Shown here piece after piece: positions 1 to 11,321 of a DNA stretch of 64,000 bases (its first letter is position 1; every line of letters begins with the position of its first letter). Made by a program: the position numbers and the translations under genes. A model generated the notes under the pieces. That model made no database searches, was not told the DNA's origin, and saw nothing but the letters and a program-made list of their open reading frames with translations. The stretch comes from Selaginella moellendorffii (lineage: Eukaryota; Plantae; Lycopodiophyta). The DNA is taken from contig NW_003314292.1 of the NCBI RefSeq assembly GCF_000143415.4, forward strand, positions 1,247,498-1,311,497, given 5' to 3'.

Positions 1-12
1 AGCTATATAACG

Positions 13-939
13 ATGTTACTGTTCTCAGTCAATGGGAACCCTCAAGTACCCAAACCTGTTACCTCTCGCGAGCCCCAACGTCCCAGGGACCCCTGCATAA
101 GGGTGATGGACCTCAAGGTAATAATGCTTCAAATTTACCTCTCTTCTTTTTTTTTGATTTTCTCAAGCTTGTTCGTAAAGTCGGCTCTTGCAAGTTTGTG
201 ATTAAAAGTGGAGACATACTAGAGTGGTTTGTGAACGGAAAGAATGATGCTATCGTAATTCCTGTTGGAGGTCAGATACACCAGGGTAAGGCAAAGGGGT
301 GTTTAGAGCTTTTGACTTTTCTTTTTTCAGAAATATGTTTGCTACTACTGGTTCGAGGTTTACTGCCTTGGAGATCATGTAACTGTCTTTCCTTATTTTT
401 GAACTTTTGAACTGACTTGTTTCTCAGCCCTTCAGAGGGACTGCCAGCATCTAAAATCATTGCTACTCTAGGCACAAGATACTCCAAAGACAGGGAGACG
501 GAAGCTGCCAGACAACTTGGTCTCACTTACGGGTATGTCAGAGCGTGTAGAAAATTTGATACATTGTGCTTTTGCTGGATTGTCCCAGTCAAAAGGATTA
601 CAAATGAAAGGGGCCAATTGCAAATTTAGCAGTACATGATTACAGGAACGCTATAACATTTGCTTGCAAGGAGGGCGTTAAGCATATAGCACTCCCAGCT
701 ATCTCGTGTGGATCTGGCGGGTTTGTACTCACACCTTACCTCTTGTATATACTGAGTTTGCATTGTGTTTCAGGTTTCCTGTGGATAAAGCTGCACATAT
801 TGCTGTAGAATGCGTACAAAAGGCACTCAAAAGTGCTGAAGCGTCCATTGAGGTAACCTGGCTTAGACATGCCTTTGTTATTCTGTTAAAATTGTAGGTT
901 CACTTTGTGATAAAGGACGAACCCACCTGGAGAGCCTAG
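13..939 (+). pseudogene. Macro-domain (Appr-1-p/ADP-ribose hydrolase-like) gene, diverged and probably pseudogenised; 5' end may lie outside the window
   Basis: Exons separated by short GT-AG introns translate as VIKSGDILEWFVNGKNDAIV / GLPASKIIATLG / KHIALPAISCGSGG / FPVDKAAHIAV / EVHFVIKD, which follows the plant macro-domain pattern (GDIT..DAIV, LPA..VIHTVGP, IAFPAISCG.YGYP, EVHFV). The NAAN/GGGG loop is missing, the exon phase at 357/428 does not fit, and TAG at 937-939 sits where a Trp is expected. Confidence 0.65.
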
Positions 940-1596
940 GTAGCTACAACAGACCTCCTTGCATTTTTGGATTATGATTGGTATGTATCATGTTGGAGCA
1001 ACAGACCTCCTTTTCCAGTCGAGAATATTTTGAAGGGATAATTTTATCTTGAGAGGATAGAAATAAGTCATATATGATAATGGTTTAAAAGACATTTAAA
1101 ATAAAATAATGCAAAGGTTAGGGTAAACCTTCATGGCTAATACCACTAGAAAATGGTAAATAGATTCATGCCCAATTGAACAATCTATATGCTATGCTAT
1201 TATAATTCCCAAGCAAGGTAATATATATATGATGTGTGGTCCAAGTGTATGGTTATAATGTTGTATATTAATATTAGCATAGTAGCTGTTGACTTCTATA
1301 TATAAACTAAGGTTTTTGGGTTAATTGATATGCACATTTTTTGTATTCCCTTTCTATATTTCATACATTCACATTAGTGGAGATGAAAGGTAGTTTTGAT
1401 TGTCCCTAATGAGTGTTTGGATTTGGGATTTTGATTTAAATTTAACTTTTGCATCATTTAGATTTAGTTTTTTCCATTTTCTTTCTTTTGTTCTTTCTTT
1501 TTAGGATTTTGGTTTAAATCTAACTTTTGCATTATCTAGATCTCCCTAACTTTTTTTCATTTATCTTCTTTTGCTTTTTCCTATTCATTCATTTTC

Positions 1597-2800
1597 ATGG
1601 CAGAGTAGCAATCTCCTCCTCTTTTGACTCTGGAGCAGCATTTGGTGCAATTACTTGATGCTATGTGATTGCAATTGAACAACAAAACTCAGTTGATCGT
1701 GGCATTCATGGCATGTGGTACAACTCCTCTTGCTCTTAGTGTCAATCCTCATGTTTAGCCAAAGTTCTTTCGTGGGAATCTTAGGGATGATGTGTACCAT
1801 TGGTTTGATCACTTCATGGTGATTGCCACATATCATTCTTGGAATGATGTTTGATATTTGCATGAGTTCCCCACGTGTTTCCAAGGGACAGTGTTACAGT
1901 GGTACAATGGTTTAAACACAATCACTCATAGGGATTAGAATGTTCTCCTGGATGTTTTCAAACGTCCATTCAAATATGCCAATGATTGTAATAATGCCTT
2001 CCAACAATTGCATCATTTTCGTTAGGGGTCATCTAAGTTGGTGATGCAATTTGGCATTTGTTTTCAAAACCTCTTGTTTCATGAGGAATCAAATATGTTA
2101 GAGCGAATCAAGCTAAGAATGTTGTGGCTGCTGAGCGTGTAATGAAGTTAGTCACACTTATTAGTGTTGTCAGCATTTTCCGGATTAGCAACCTCCGAGT
2201 GGGTATATATTTGGGTGCAAAGGCTTTGCAATGGTTCCTCCATTTCCTAAGTGGAGACTTTGGTGTCAACAACGTTCTGTTGATGCTGCTATAGTGGAAG
2301 ATCTAGACACCGAGATGCATTTGGGAAATGAGGAGTGGCGCGAGTAACAAAGGGACCTTGCGCGAGTAAATTAGTGACTCCTCAATCTTTCTTTCGGGAG
2401 TATTATTAAGGGGTTCACTCAACACCAGTTCATCCAATATTTACTTTCCAAGTTCGTTTTTATAATAAGAGATCTCATATCATTCTCTCCGTATTGGTTG
2501 ATATAGGTTCGAGTTTATCTTCTATTGCTTGACATATTGCTACACATTACCATCTACACTTGCGTTGTGTGGCAGAGCCAGTTTTTATTCTTTATGGCAA
2601 TAGCTGTACACATGCATATGCACGGGATGAAGCGGATCTAGTTGTGCATACAGACAATCTCGACCTTGGGTTACAGTCATTGCGGGTGGTGCTGAGTCAA
2701 ACTTTTGACTTCATCCTTGATATGGATTGGTTGCAACGCAATTATGTTAAATGTGACTTTGAGACTTCTCTTCTTTGTCTCATACTTCTTTATATTTTAT
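1597..2800 (+). mobile_element. Old Ty3/gypsy gag + aspartic protease relic (many stops)
   Basis: The frame from 1597 reads PKFFRGNLRDDVYHWFDHF...FQGTVLQWYNGL...FKRPF...AFQQLHHFR (retrotransposon gag). Downstream lie SVLVDIGSS and TFDFILDMDWL (retropepsin D(T/S)G and GMDWL motifs). In-frame stops throughout. Confidence 0.75.
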
Positions 2801-2909
2801 CTATTCCTCTCACTTCAACAACAGAAGAGCAGCAGTAGAGAGTGTGCATTTACTTTTCATATGATGGAGTACATTTTATTTCTCGTTTTTCTTTCTTTCT
2901 TTTGATGCT

Positions 2910-3071
2910 TGTAGCGCATGTGATCATGGGATGAGATTTAGATATATTGTCACCATGGATCTTTGGAACTTTGGGGGATAAATAGGGATAAAATAGCCAC
3001 TAAGGGCTCTCTTATCAAGCAATTGCCCCTTTTCCAGTTGGCTTAAGGGGAGAGAGATAAGGTGTGCTACA
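2910..3071 (+). repeat. TRIM 5' LTR
   Basis: TGTAGCGCATGTGATC...GTGTGCTACA, a direct repeat of 4574-4735. Confidence 0.92.
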
Positions 3072-3073
3072 GT

Positions 3074-3085
3074 TGGTATCGGAGC
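3074..3085 (+). other. Primer-binding site (tRNA-iMet type) of the TRIM
   Basis: TGGTATCGGAGC 2 nt after the LTR, one change from the canonical TGGTATCAGAGC. Confidence 0.88.
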
Positions 3086-3187
3086 AAATGGCATGGGTTT
3101 GATTCCCATTGATTAGTAGCTACTTAAAAATATAATATACCCTTGAATAAGGTATATTCCTACCCCTAAATTTGAAATTGTACGTAG

Positions 3188-3530
3188 TGGGCATCCATGA
3201 CAAAAGTATCCCATGGTGTGGGCATCCACGGACAAAGGTATCCACTTCCTCTTGTGTGGAGTATCCATGGACAAAGGTATCCACCAAGTATCCCATGGTG
3301 TGGGCATCCAGGGACAAAGGTATCCACTTCCTCTTGTGTGGAGTATCCAGGGACAAAGGTATCCACTTCCTCTTGTGTGGGCATCCACGGACAAAGGTAT
3401 CCACCAAGTATCCCATGGTGTGGGCATCCACGGACAAAGGTATCCACTTCCTCTTGTGTGGGCATCCACGGACAAAGGTATCCACTTCCTCTTGTGTGGA
3501 GTATCCATGGACAAAGGTATCCACCATGGG
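3188..3530. repeat. Modular minisatellite inside the TRIM (core GGACAAAGGTATCCAC, ~30-35-bp units)
   Basis: About 10 copies of the core, followed by either TTCCTCTTGTGTGG or CAAGTATCCCATGGTGTGG; explains the spurious six-frame ORFs at 3113-3554. Confidence 0.9.
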
Positions 3531-3559
3531 ACTGCGGTACGGGTAAATGACTAATTACC

Positions 3560-4573
3560 TCACATGGAATAGTTAGTCTAATATTATGGAAGGATTGGTA
3601 GATTCAGTGTGGAAATAGAGGTGTTGGAATAGCTGGTCTAATATCATGGAAGGATTGGTAGATTCAGTGCAGAAATAGAGGTGTTGGTTCCCCTTGGTTT
3701 AGTAGTGGTTCCCCTTGGCTTAGTAGGGGTCAATGAGGACATTGACATCTGGTTCCCCTTGGCTTAATAGGGGTTATTAGTCAATAGTCAATGAAGACAT
3801 TGACATTTCTGAAGGGGGGATGAGTATAGCATATGTGATCATGGGATAAATTTTGGATATACTGTCACTGTAGATCCTTGGAACCTTGGGGGATAAATGA
3901 GGACATTGACATCTGGTTCCCCTTGGCTTAATAGGGGTAGTGTGGAAATAGAGGTGTTGGAATAGCTAGTCTAATATTATGGAAGGATTGGTAGATTCAG
4001 TGCGGAAATAGAGATGTTGGTTCCCTTTGGCTTAGTAGTGGTTCCCCTTGGCTTAGTAGGGGTCAATGAGGACATTGACATCTGGTTCCCCTTAGCTTAG
4101 TAGGGGTTGTTAGTCAATAATCAATGAAGACATTGACGTCTCTGAAGGGGGGATGAGTATAGCGCATGTGATCATGGGATAAAGTTTAGATATACTGTTA
4201 CTGTGGATCCTTGAAACCTTGGGGGATAAATGAGGACATTAACATCTGGTTCCCCTTGGCTTAGTAGTGGTTCCCCTTGGCTTAATAGGGGTTGTTAGTC
4301 AATAGTCAATGAAAACATTAACCCTAAGTATCCCAAAACCTTTAATCGATTGGAAAAGGGGGTGCATTCTTATTCATGTGCCTTTTCCCTCTATATTTGA
4401 ACCCCATAGATCATCTCTCAAGTCGTTCTCTTTGGTTACTTACAATCCACCACGCTTCCCTGCAAGTTCCCTTGGGGGATAAATGAGGACATTGACATCT
4501 GGTTCCCCTTGGCTTAGTAGGGGTTGTTAATCAATAATCAATGAAGACATTGACATCTCTGAAGGGGGATGAG
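3560..4573. repeat. Complex internal repeats of the TRIM, including two extra PPT + half-LTR units (3825-3898, 4158-4231)
   Basis: Repeated blocks GGTTCCCCTTGGCTTAGTAG, GAGGACATTGACATCT and GAAGGGGGGATGAG followed by the first ~74 nt of the LTR. Confidence 0.85.
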
Positions 4574-4735
4574 TGTAACGCATGTGATCATGGGATAAAG
4601 TTTGGATATACTATCACCGTGGATCCTTGGAACCTTGGGGGATAAATAGAGATAAAATAGTCACTAAGGGCTCTTTCATCAAGCAATTGCCCTTTTTCCA
4701 ATTGACTTAAGGGGAAAGAGATAAAGTGTGCTACA
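4574..4735 (+). repeat. TRIM 3' LTR
   Basis: TGTAACGCATGTGATC...GTGTGCTACA, followed by TSD ATGCT. Confidence 0.92.
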
Positions 4736-5044
4736 ATGCTTTTTTTTTTCTTGACTGCATAAAGATGCTTACTGAAAGAAAATGAGTTCTTTTTTTTCTC
4801 TTTCTCTCTCTTTTTTTGCTTTTGTTTACTTGGCTGTTCCTTAAACTTGCTTTCATTCTATGTTTGTTTCATTTTCAGTTTCATCTACTACTACTGCTGC
4901 TGCTTTTTTTTGCATGCGTTGATACAGCTTCAAAGCCATCTCGTGCTCTCTAGCCTCTGCATATCCCAGGATCATGGAGTTCCAGGACACGGCGTCATGA
5001 AGCTGCATGTTGTCAAAGACACACCTTGCCTCAGTGAGGAACTC

Positions 5045-5205
5045 TAGTGGCTGAAGCAGAAGCTAAATGAGCGTAACGTGTTGGGACTAAAAGCTCCGAC
5101 TTAAAGGTCAAGAGCAGAAGTGGAACTCTCAACGAAGTGCTCAAGGAATGAGCACGAAGGGAGCAATAAGTGAGTTTCTAGAAAAGGAACACAAGAGGAC
5201 CAACA
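5045..5205 (+). repeat. Diverged fragment of a LARD-family LTR, interrupted by the element starting at 5206
   Basis: Matches 5260-5420 and the reverse complement of 26335-26490 (GAGCGTAAC...GGACTAAAAGCTCCGACTT...GAGGACCAACA). Confidence 0.7.
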
Positions 5206-5823
5206 TGTGAAACACAAATCCCTAAGCCCCAAAGTGGAGCCAAAAGGGTGTCATGTGGTATTGGCCAAAGCGAAAGCCAAACGAGCATAACGCATTTGAA
5301 CTAAAAACTCTGACTTAAAAAGTCGAAAGCGGGAGTGGAACTCCCAATGAAGTGCTCGAAGAATGAGCATGAAGAGAGCAACAAGTGAGTCTCTAGAAAA
5401 GGGACAAGAGGACCAACACATGACATGTGGGAGGAGTCCGAGATAGACCTGAGATGGAGTCTGAGATGGAGTCCAAGATAGATCCGAGATGGAGTCCGAG
5501 ATAGATCCGAGATGGAGTCTGAGATGGAGTTCAAGATGGACCCGAGATGGATCCGAGATGGAGCCCGAGATGGAGTCTGAGATAGAGTTTGAGATGGACC
5601 CAAGATGGATCCGAGATGGAGTCCAAGATAGACCTGAGATGGAGCCGAGATAGAGCCCAAGATGGAGTTCGAGATGGACCCGAGATGGACCCGAGATGGA
5701 TCTGAGATGGAGTCCGAGATGGAGTTCGAGATGGATCTAAGATGGAGCCGAGATGGAGCCTGAGATGGAGTCTGAGATGGACCCGAGATAGAGTCCGAGA
5801 TGGAACCAAGATTGAGACCAAGA

Positions 5824-5857
<34 letters not shown>

Positions 5858-6905
5858 TCTAAGTCTGAGTTCGAGTCCGAGTCTGAATAGGAATATAGGC
5901 TGTTCGGTGAAAGCCCAAAGTGATCGTCCCCGAGAGGGGTTGCAAGGGGTTCCAAAAGTATAGTAGGGAGGATGTGGGGGTTGGATCCTAGTGGAGCCAA
6001 TTTGGCCAAGAAAGGCTAGTTTGGCCCAAGAAGACTATACCCAGGTGTTGGGTGATGAAATAACCACTAGAAAGTCCAAGGCTAGAGTAAATTTAAATTG
6101 ACAAGCGGGGTAGCTTGGTGAAGTGTTCAAGAGCCGGTTCTAATTCCCCTAGGAGATCGAATGGTTGATGCTCCCAGTCCAAGCATGGGTGGCACTACCT
6201 ACTTGGATACCTAGTGTGGCTCAATTGAACCTCGCTCTAAGCCCATGGCTAGAGCACCCACAGGCATAAGGAGGGGAGAGTACCCATGAGGCTCGCGTAA
6301 GGCCATGGTATTCCGAAATATTGTCCCAAAGTCCTAAACTGTGAAAAGGAAGAGGAGCAATCCTTTAGTGCAGTGACTAAAGATATGGTCACATGGTGAG
6401 GAAGTCCTAGAGGACAGTAGGACTTAGAGGTTGGGCCTACGGGCCTTGTTCCAGTGGCAGTGTTAGCGAACACGGCCATGGACAAAAAGGGATTTAATAA
6501 GGACTGAAAAAGGGATATAGGAGAAGGTTGTTCTTCATGTCTGTGGGCATCCTAAGGATGCTAAGGAATGGATTTGGGATGACCACTCATGGATAGATAG
6601 CCAAGTCTTGGAAAGATAGGATTGTGATGCAAGTGGTATTGGACCACTAGTGCGGCAAAGGTGAATGGGCATGGCCTTAGCATAATAGGCTGATATGTTG
6701 GTGGTACCTTTGAGTGTCAGTTAAGGGATTCGACAGGTGGAGCATTTGGACCAAGTGCAAAGGTTGAGTGGCATGGATGCCATTCTCGGGGCTAGCAAGC
6801 CCCAAGTCCTGAATTGGACTTATAGAGGTTGTGAATGAGACTCCTCCAAGTGGTCTAAGGTGTGGTGAAATGACTAAAGTAAAATGGAAAAATTAGTTGC
6901 TTACA
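5206..6905 (+). repeat. LARD copy 1, 5' LTR (~1.7 kb) with a 12-bp (GATGGAGTCCGA-type) and 6-bp tandem array at ~5430-5890
   Basis: Homologous to the reverse complement of 18864-20683 and 24701-26547; TG...CA ends; followed by a PBS. Confidence 0.85.
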
Positions 6906-9249
6906 ATTTGGTATTAAAGCTGTTCCTTAGTTCGACTTTTATTGGTGCTCAAGTATATTGCCACTTGTATTGGCATTGGAAGGTCTGAGGAGTGGGCCTA
7001 TCCTTGAGAAGTAGCAGGTTGGGAGGACAAGGCTCTACACTACAGTTCATGTGTGAACTTGTAGGCAAGGTGGTGGATAGAGAAGGGCCAATAAGGGAAT
7101 GACTTTGGGATTTTGGGAATAATATAAGGTTTTCCTCAGAGAATTGAGGATGTGATCCAGATGAGCGTTTGACTCAACAAATTGGCTAATGTAGTTGTGG
7201 TAAACAACTATATTTGGGATCACAAGAAAGATAGAGCCTCCAAAATAATAAAGGAGTCACAAGATTATTCTCATATAGTTGAGGTTGGTGCTCATAAATT
7301 GAAGACTAAAATTAAGGACCATGGGAGGTTAAATATAGAAGAGGACACAAGTCCTTGAAATAGTAGCCAAGGCTACCCTTAATAAATGCTAGAACAACCC
7401 AAGGGATCGGTGTACTTAAAAGATAAGTTGGTATTCTCATCACATGGACAAATAGTCCAAAGGGGCAAAACTAGCCCATATTGAATAACGAATAATCAAG
7501 AGTCGAAGTAACATTTGCAAGAATGGTTCTTATAGGTAGGACATGAATACAAGAAGTTGTATTCTAACAAGCTGACACCTCAAAAATGGGACCTTATAGG
7601 TCATTAGATTAGTAAAGTCCAAAAAGCTAAATGATTTGAGTGGAGTCAAAGAATAGTCCTAGAGGACTGGTGAAAGCATTTGGACTGAAGTGTGTTGTAC
7701 CCCACAAAGGATGGGGAGGATCATAAAATCCAAGTGTGAGAACAGTGGGTATCTCATTGATGGCGAAATGTGCCATACTAAAGTTATGGGAAAAAAGTTC
7801 TCAAAAGAAAGCAACTTTGACACAAAGTTGTGTGTAAACTATATGGTGCAGTGCTAATGGATAGTTGGCGTGAGAAATGACTGTATTAGTTTTAGCAAAG
7901 ACGTAGACACAAATAAGGAATATCATAAAGGTAGGCTCATGGAACTGATAGTATAGAGACACCGAATATGCAAAGGCGTGATGCCTTAAGGTCAAGTTGG
8001 TGGGTTCATGAGAACCCCTTCCTAAAGGAATTCTAATGGAAATGGGAATGGCATAGCCTAAACTGGAAGGCATGTGGTTAGAGTGTGGTAGCAATGAGTT
8101 GTAAGACTTGACAACTATAAGGCAACTAAACAAAAGGTGCAAAATAATTGATTGAATTGGTAAAAGGTAACTACCTAAGACTTTTTATTAGGATGAAGAA
8201 GTTAGATATACCCTTATGGGGATTGCAATATAGTAAGGCAATGTCATAAAAAGAATGCTCATTGTCAAAAAAGGCCATCATTGGAACACCCAAACACTCT
8301 AAAACACCAAGAAGTGGTGTTTGGTGTCGTGAGGGCATTAGATAAGGTCTAAAGAATTAAGTCTCTAACGAATGATAGATAGGAGGTGCTATCCAAACAT
8401 CTAAAGTTGCAGAGACCGGAGAAGTTCGTTTACCCAAATTAGACAAAGCCAAAAAGGGATTTTGGCAAGGCTAATGATGGGCATATAAAGACCCAAAAGT
8501 AGCAACGTTAATCCTGGTATGTGGGATTACAAGGTGAGCATACCCAGATTGAGGAACCACTCCCTAGGTTATTGGGTAGGTTCATCCTTATGAATACTTG
8601 CTAAGGCATGGTAGAAAGTGCAAAATTATCCTCCTGATCTAGAGGAGAATAACCGAAGGAAACGTATGAGGCCAAAAAACAAATAGTAAAAGGATAGAAC
8701 CAAACCATAGGAATCGAAGGGCATAATCAAGGGTGGCTATGCAAGTTAGGAGTGGAGCATCAAATGGGTGTTTGAGTGGGTTGTTATTAGCAACCATGAT
8801 GTTATGGAGAGTCTAAATTATGGAATTATCCATGTTAGACCATATGGTAATTAGAAAGCTTGCAAAAAGGAGAGGCCTTAACAAGCTAAGGAACAGAGTT
8901 CCTTGAAGGTTCCCAAAGACAATTCTAAGTAGATAAGTACCTAGAAAGCCAAATGTCAATGGTTCGTAAAGCGCGTGAAATCAAAGTGGCATAGCAAAAG
9001 CGTGGTCTTGAAGCTTGCCATGAGGCGAGGGTATCAAAGTAAGGGAAGTAGTTCTCGAGTGTTCAAAGAGAAGGCTTTGAATGAAAGTTGATGGTTAAGG
9101 ACTTTCACGCTTATGCATGAAACCATGTTACAGTGGTTGGATGACTTGCTAGGTGAATATGGCAAGTCGGGGGAACAAATAATTTAGTGGTAAGTGCTAA
9201 CTTCAAAAAGGGTGGCCCATGGGGCCAAACATTGAGGAGTCCATGCATG

Positions 9250-10092
9250 TGTAATCAACCGACTCCCCGAAGTGTCGTAGGCTAAAGGATCCCTAAAAGC
9301 ATGACCGAAATGACAAAGAGTTCATCGGACGGGACCGAGTCGAAGATCGAGTCCAAGACCGACTCTGAGACCGAGTTCGAGATAGAGTCCGGGATCGAGC
9401 CGAGGCCGAATTGGAGACCGAGTTCGAGACCGAGTTCGAGATAGAGTCCGAGATCCAAATCGGGTCTGAGACCGAGTCCGAGGTCGAGTCCGAAGTTGAG
9501 TCCGAGATCAGGTCCGAGATCGAGTCCGAGATTGAGTCCGAGACCGAGTCCGAAGTCGGGTCCGAGATCGAGTCCGAGATCGAATCTGAGACTAAGTCCA
9601 AATACTAATACGGGTCAAGGGGTGAAAGCCCAAAGCATGCGTCTCCCGGGGGGGGGGGGGGGGGGCTTCCAAACCATAGTGAGGTCTAGGAACCAGTGGG
9701 GCTTCCAAACCGACTTGAGGTTGAGATTGGGGCCGAGGGGCCTTGGGTGGGAGTGAGCATGGGCTTGGGTGGTGCCAGAGGGGCCACCCAGGGAAGTGCT
9801 CAAGAGCAGCTCCCACTCCCGAAAGGGAAACCGACTGCGGTGCTCCCAACTCATGTGGAGTGGTGCCCCACTTGAGTACCTTGTGGCTCATTGGTCCTCG
9901 CCCTTCCTAGGGGCTTGGGCCTTCCCTTCGGGATGGAAGTGGGGGGGTAGAGGTACCCATACCGGGCCATTAGGCCACGTTGTTTCGCCCCGATGTCCCG
10001 AAGCAAGTGTTGCACCCAAGGCTTGGGATTTAGAGGGTCCCATGATCAAGTCTTGTTATACCAAGGGGTGTTAGGAACCTGGAGGCTTGGTA
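9250..10092 (+). repeat. First ~840 bp of the chromovirus 5' LTR; inverted repeat of 10395-11243
   Basis: Starts TGTAATCAACCGACTCCCCGAAG, the reverse complement of the end of the 10125-11243 LTR. The near-identical ORFs 9769-10074(+) and 10413-10718(-) reflect the inversion. Confidence 0.9.
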
Positions 10093-10124
10093 AGTTCTCT
10101 TATTTGACAACTTTGTGATCATGT

Positions 10125-11243
10125 TGTAAGCCACAAATTTTTCCTTTCCAATTTGCCAGCTTACCTCATCTATCCGACCAACACTGCCTTGGCTTGTGCT
10201 AAGTTCCCTCGCCAAGGTTCCCACCTATTGTACCAGCTCCTACTTGGTCCTACTTGGTTTTAGCTACTCACTACACGAGCCACGGAGTGTTAGCCATCCA
10301 TCTACAGATTCCCAAATCTCTCCCAATCCCCCTCCCCGGGTTAGACTGGACTTAAGGTTCGGCTACACTCCCCGCAGGCACAAGCAGCCAAGCATACCAA
10401 GCCTCCAGGTTCCTAACACCCCTTGGTACAACAAGACTTGATCATGGGACCCTCTAAATCCCAAGCCTTGGGTGCAACACTTGCTTCGGGACGTCGGGGC
10501 GAAACATTGTGGCCTAACGGCCCGGTATGGGTACCTCTACCCCCCCACTTCCATCCCGAAGGGAAGGCCCAAGCCCCTAGGAAGGGCGAGGACCAATGAG
10601 CCACAAGGTACTCAAGTGGGGCACTACTCCACATGAGCCGGGAGCACTGCAGTTGGTTTCCCTTTCGGGAGTGGGAGCTGCTCTTAAGCACTTCCCTGGG
10701 TGGCCCCTCCGGCACCACCCAAGCCCATGCTCACTCCCACCCAAGGCCCCTCGGCCCCAATCTCAACCTCAAGTCGGTTTGGAAGCCCCACTAGAGAGTT
10801 CCTTCAAGACTGGTTCCTAGACCTCACTATCCCTACTATACTTTTGGAACCCTCTACAGCCCCCCCCCCGGGAGATGCACGCTTTGGGCTTTCACCCCTT
10901 GACCTGTATTAGTATTTGGACTTAGTCTCAGATTCGATCTCGGACCCGACTTTGGACTCAGTCTCGGACTTGATCTCGGACCCGATCTCGGACTTGACTT
11001 CGAACTCGACCTCGGACTCGGTCTTGGACCCGATTTGGATCTTGGACTCTGTCTCAAACTAGGTCTCGAACTTGGTCTCCGATTCAGCCTCGGCTCGATC
11101 CTGGACTCTATCTCGAACTCGGTCTCAGAGTCGGTCTTGGACTCGATCTTCGACTTGGTCCCATCTGATGAACTCTTTGTCATTTCGATCATGCTTTCGG
11201 GGATCCTTTAGCCTACAACACTTCGGGGAGTCAGTTTCTTACA
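10125..11243 (-). repeat. Chromovirus 3' LTR (1119 bp), with a 6/12-bp tandem array at ~10915-11165
   Basis: TG...CA ends; abuts the PPT; 10125-10382 is a direct repeat of 16461-16710. Confidence 0.9.
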
Positions 11244-11321
11244 ACTCCACCACCTATAGAAGAAGTTCGATGCCCACATCGAACGTCTCTTTTTATCCTA
11301 CGACTTGTTGACCATGTCTCC

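Larger units (their letters stand above)
2910..4735 (+). mobile_element. Complete TRIM (terminal-repeat retrotransposon in miniature), non-coding
   Basis: 162-bp TG...CA LTRs at 2910-3071 and 4574-4735; 5-bp TSD ATGCT at 2905-2909 and 4736-4740; PBS TGGTATCGGAGC at 3074-3085; PPT GAAGGGGGATGAG just before 4574; no coding capacity. Confidence 0.92.

Noticed and set aside
1418-1590. Diverged ~80-bp tandem duplication in T-rich DNA
   Set aside because: Low complexity, upstream of the gypsy relic, and no sign of function.
3188-3530. Possible CRISPR array
   Set aside because: The 'spacers' are just two recurring modules rather than unique sequences, there are no cas genes, the context is eukaryotic, and the array is inside a TRIM.
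2910-4735. Cassandra (5S-containing) TRIM or hammerhead retrozyme
   Set aside because: No 5S rRNA A/C-box similarity and no CTGANGA...GAAA hammerhead core found by eye in the LTRs.
4930-5070. Start of an RT domain (LSEEL*WLKQKLNE)
   Set aside because: The resemblance falls in sequence that aligns with the LARD LTR, so it is probably coincidental.
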